Source: Mobula hypostoma
Taxonomy: Eukaryota
Direction of reading: 5' to 3'
NCBI RefSeq assembly: GCF_963921235.1
Contig: NC_086097.1
Span: 22,136,001-22,200,000, forward strand
Length of the DNA stretch: 64,000 nt
Shown: positions 61,971 through 64,000 of the stretch, one piece after another
How the letters are laid out: each line of letters begins with the position of its first letter
Position numbering within the stretch: position 1 is the first letter of the stretch
Notes under the pieces: generated by a model
The model's database searches: none
The model's input: the letters and a program-made list of their open reading frames with translations, nothing else
Told to the model about the DNA's origin: nothing
Position numbers and translations under genes: made by a program

Positions 61971-62322
61971 TACATGATGAAAGGAATTGATCGTGTGGTT
62001 AGTCAGAGGCTTTTTCCCAGGGCTGAAATGGTTGCCACAAGTGGACACAGGTTTAAGGTGCTGGGGAGTAGGTACAGAGGAGATGTCAGGGGTAAGTTTT
62101 TTACTCAGAGAGTGGCGAGTGTGTGGAATGGGCTGCCGGCAACGGTGGTGGAGGTGGATACGATAAGGTCTTTTAAGAGACTTTTGGATAGGTACATGGA
62201 GCTTAGAAAAATAGAGGGTTATGGGGAAGTCTAGTAATTTCTAAGGTAAGGACATGTTCGGCACAGCTTTGTGGGCCGAAGGGCCTGTATTGTGCTGTAG
62301 GTTTTCTATGTTTTTATGTTCC
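61971..62322 (+). mobile_element. CR1 3' fragment inserted in the 5' LTR
   Basis: MKGIDRVVSQRLFP...GKFFTQRVASVWNGLP, followed by the CR1 3' UTR and (TATGTTT) tail. Confidence 0.85.
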
Positions 62323-63520
62323 TATACTCCAGTTACAAACAGGGTGGTCCACAAATACACAAGCAAATAACTAAAATCCAAGCTAAAATGTAACAGTAAA
62401 TGACCTGATGACCCCACTATAATCCCACAAAAGCATTTCAACGCAAGAACAATTAATAGCGCTGGTCATTAGGAATGCTGGGGCGGGCTGTCAACCCGGC
62501 CCCACCCCCAAGTGACACAATACAGTATATGTATAAATTAAGTTAAATAAGCAGTGCAAAACGAGATCAAAAATAGTGAAATAGTGTGCATGAGGTGGTT
62601 CATTGTTCATTGATAGATAGATCAATAAATCAATAAGTAAAACATATCCCGTTTCAGCTGAATTACTGAAGGCATTGCTCAGAATCTGAAGCCCCTTGGC
62701 CACTGCAGCACCAGTCAACCGTGTCCCTTCCATCAATCCAAGCGAATTCATCGCTCCTTCTCGACAGAATAATCAGGCCATTGGGCTGAGGGATTCAGAG
62801 TGACCTCTAAAGCTCCTGTACTTATCGCAGTTGGCTGAACCCCAGGCAGCGTTATTGCATGGGACAATTTGCGAATGTTGTGTGTGATTAATAACTGTGA
62901 AAGCTGCATTCAAGCCATTAGAGTGGCATGTGTTTTAACCCCCTGCAATGCACTGTTATTTTCAAGAATTAAACTAACATGCAGGGCTGTGTATATGAAG
63001 CATGCTGCTTGGCCAAGTACTAGTTGGCAACTTTTCTGGCAGATAAAATCTACTACAGCAAGCAGATGTGCTAAGGTGTTTGCAGGTTAAGTAAATCTTT
63101 GGGAGATTACCAATTGCCAGCGCAGTATTAAGGGAGTGTTCTCCTTTCAAAGGTGTCAGTCTGCAGATGGGGTGCTGAACTGAATCTCAGTCCATGGTTT
63201 TGTTTAGGATTGGAGCCTCCTGCTAAGCCAATATTGACTGGTTTTCTGTCATATCCGGCAATGACAGTAGAAACCCGTGCGGGAGAGCATTTTTAAAGTG
63301 GAAAAGCCGTCGCACTGGGGCAGGCCCACTCTCTTCACCTCAGAAGTCTGGGTCTAATGGTACAAGAAATCATCACGAATTTCGCAGACGCCAACCCTGT
63401 GGTAAAATCTCGGCCCAAGCCACACCCACCTGAACTTAGGTCACGTTCCCCAGTCTATGTTATCAATACTGCTTTGTGGTTCACATTAATGTGGTACAGT
63501 GAACCGCAATGCTTCAGTAG

Positions 63521-64000
63521 ACAATAGACAATAGGTGCAGGAGTAGGCTATTCAGCCCTTTGAGCCAGCACCACCATTCACTGTGATCATGGCTAATCAT
63601 CCACAATCAGTATCCAGTTCCTGCCTTATCCCCATATCCCTTGACTCCACTATCTTTAACAGCTCTGCCTAACTCTTTCTTGAAAGAATCCAGAGAACTA
63701 GCCTTCACTGCCTTCTGAGGCAGAGCATTCCACAGAACCACAACCCTCTGTGTGAAAAAGTTTTTCCTCAACTCCAGTCTAAATTGTCCACCCCTTATTC
63801 TTAAACTGTGGCCTCTGGTTCTGGACTTCCCCAACATCAGGAACATGTTTCCTGCCTCTAGCGTATCCAATCCCTTAATAATCTTATATGTTTCAATCAG
63901 ATCCCCTCTCATCCTTCTAAATTCCAGTGTATACAAGCCCAGTCACTCCAACCTTTCAACATATGACAGTCCTGCCATCCCGGGTATTAACCTCGTGAAC
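63521..64000 (-). mobile_element. CR1 3' end (continues off window)
   Basis: LEFRRMRGDLIETYKI...NFFTQRVV.LWNALP. (AGACAAT) tail. Confidence 0.92.

Larger units (their letters stand above)
55396..62519 (-). mobile_element. Gypsy LTR retrotransposon with both LTRs, RT largely deleted, carrying three nested insertions
   Basis: LTRs ~55396-55735 and ~61812-62519 are homologous. ATAC on both flanks (55392-55395, 62520-62523). Gag ALALEGNALQALLDL; protease AFVDTGV; RNase H PEGQLAWRLEAL...HSNADALSR; integrase VSMDYFKKWPEA, SKTRTTPLYLQSDGLVE; C-terminus VVLHQNRLAPY. Confidence 0.85.

Overview
This is vertebrate genomic DNA, very likely from a cartilaginous fish (ray/shark-like; inferred from the CR1, V-SINE-like and Penelope repeat complement). 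It is almost entirely a nested mosaic of decayed transposable elements. No intact host gene, rRNA, true tRNA gene or CRISPR array is supported. Contents: many CR1 LINEs (one young 5'-truncated copy with a nearly open RT frame), Rex1/Babar-like, L2 and RTE LINE pieces, Penelope-like remnants, tRNA-derived SINEs, at least five Gypsy LTR elements plus several solo LTRs with target-site duplications (TSDs), a Sleeping Beauty-like Tc1 element, and hAT and mariner-like MITEs. Four observations stand out. (1) A decayed endogenous retrovirus at about 48.5-50 kb has a tether plus RNase H pol remnant and an env-like type I membrane glycoprotein tail, possibly lokiretrovirus-like. (2) A family of short, often palindromic Penelope-derived insertions carries minimal hammerhead-ribozyme motifs. 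(3) The Sleeping Beauty-like element has two 3' ends, forming 434-bp inverted arms. (4) A non-autonomous chromovirus-derived LTR element is nested inside another Gypsy. Family assignments come from motif recognition by eye, not from database searches.
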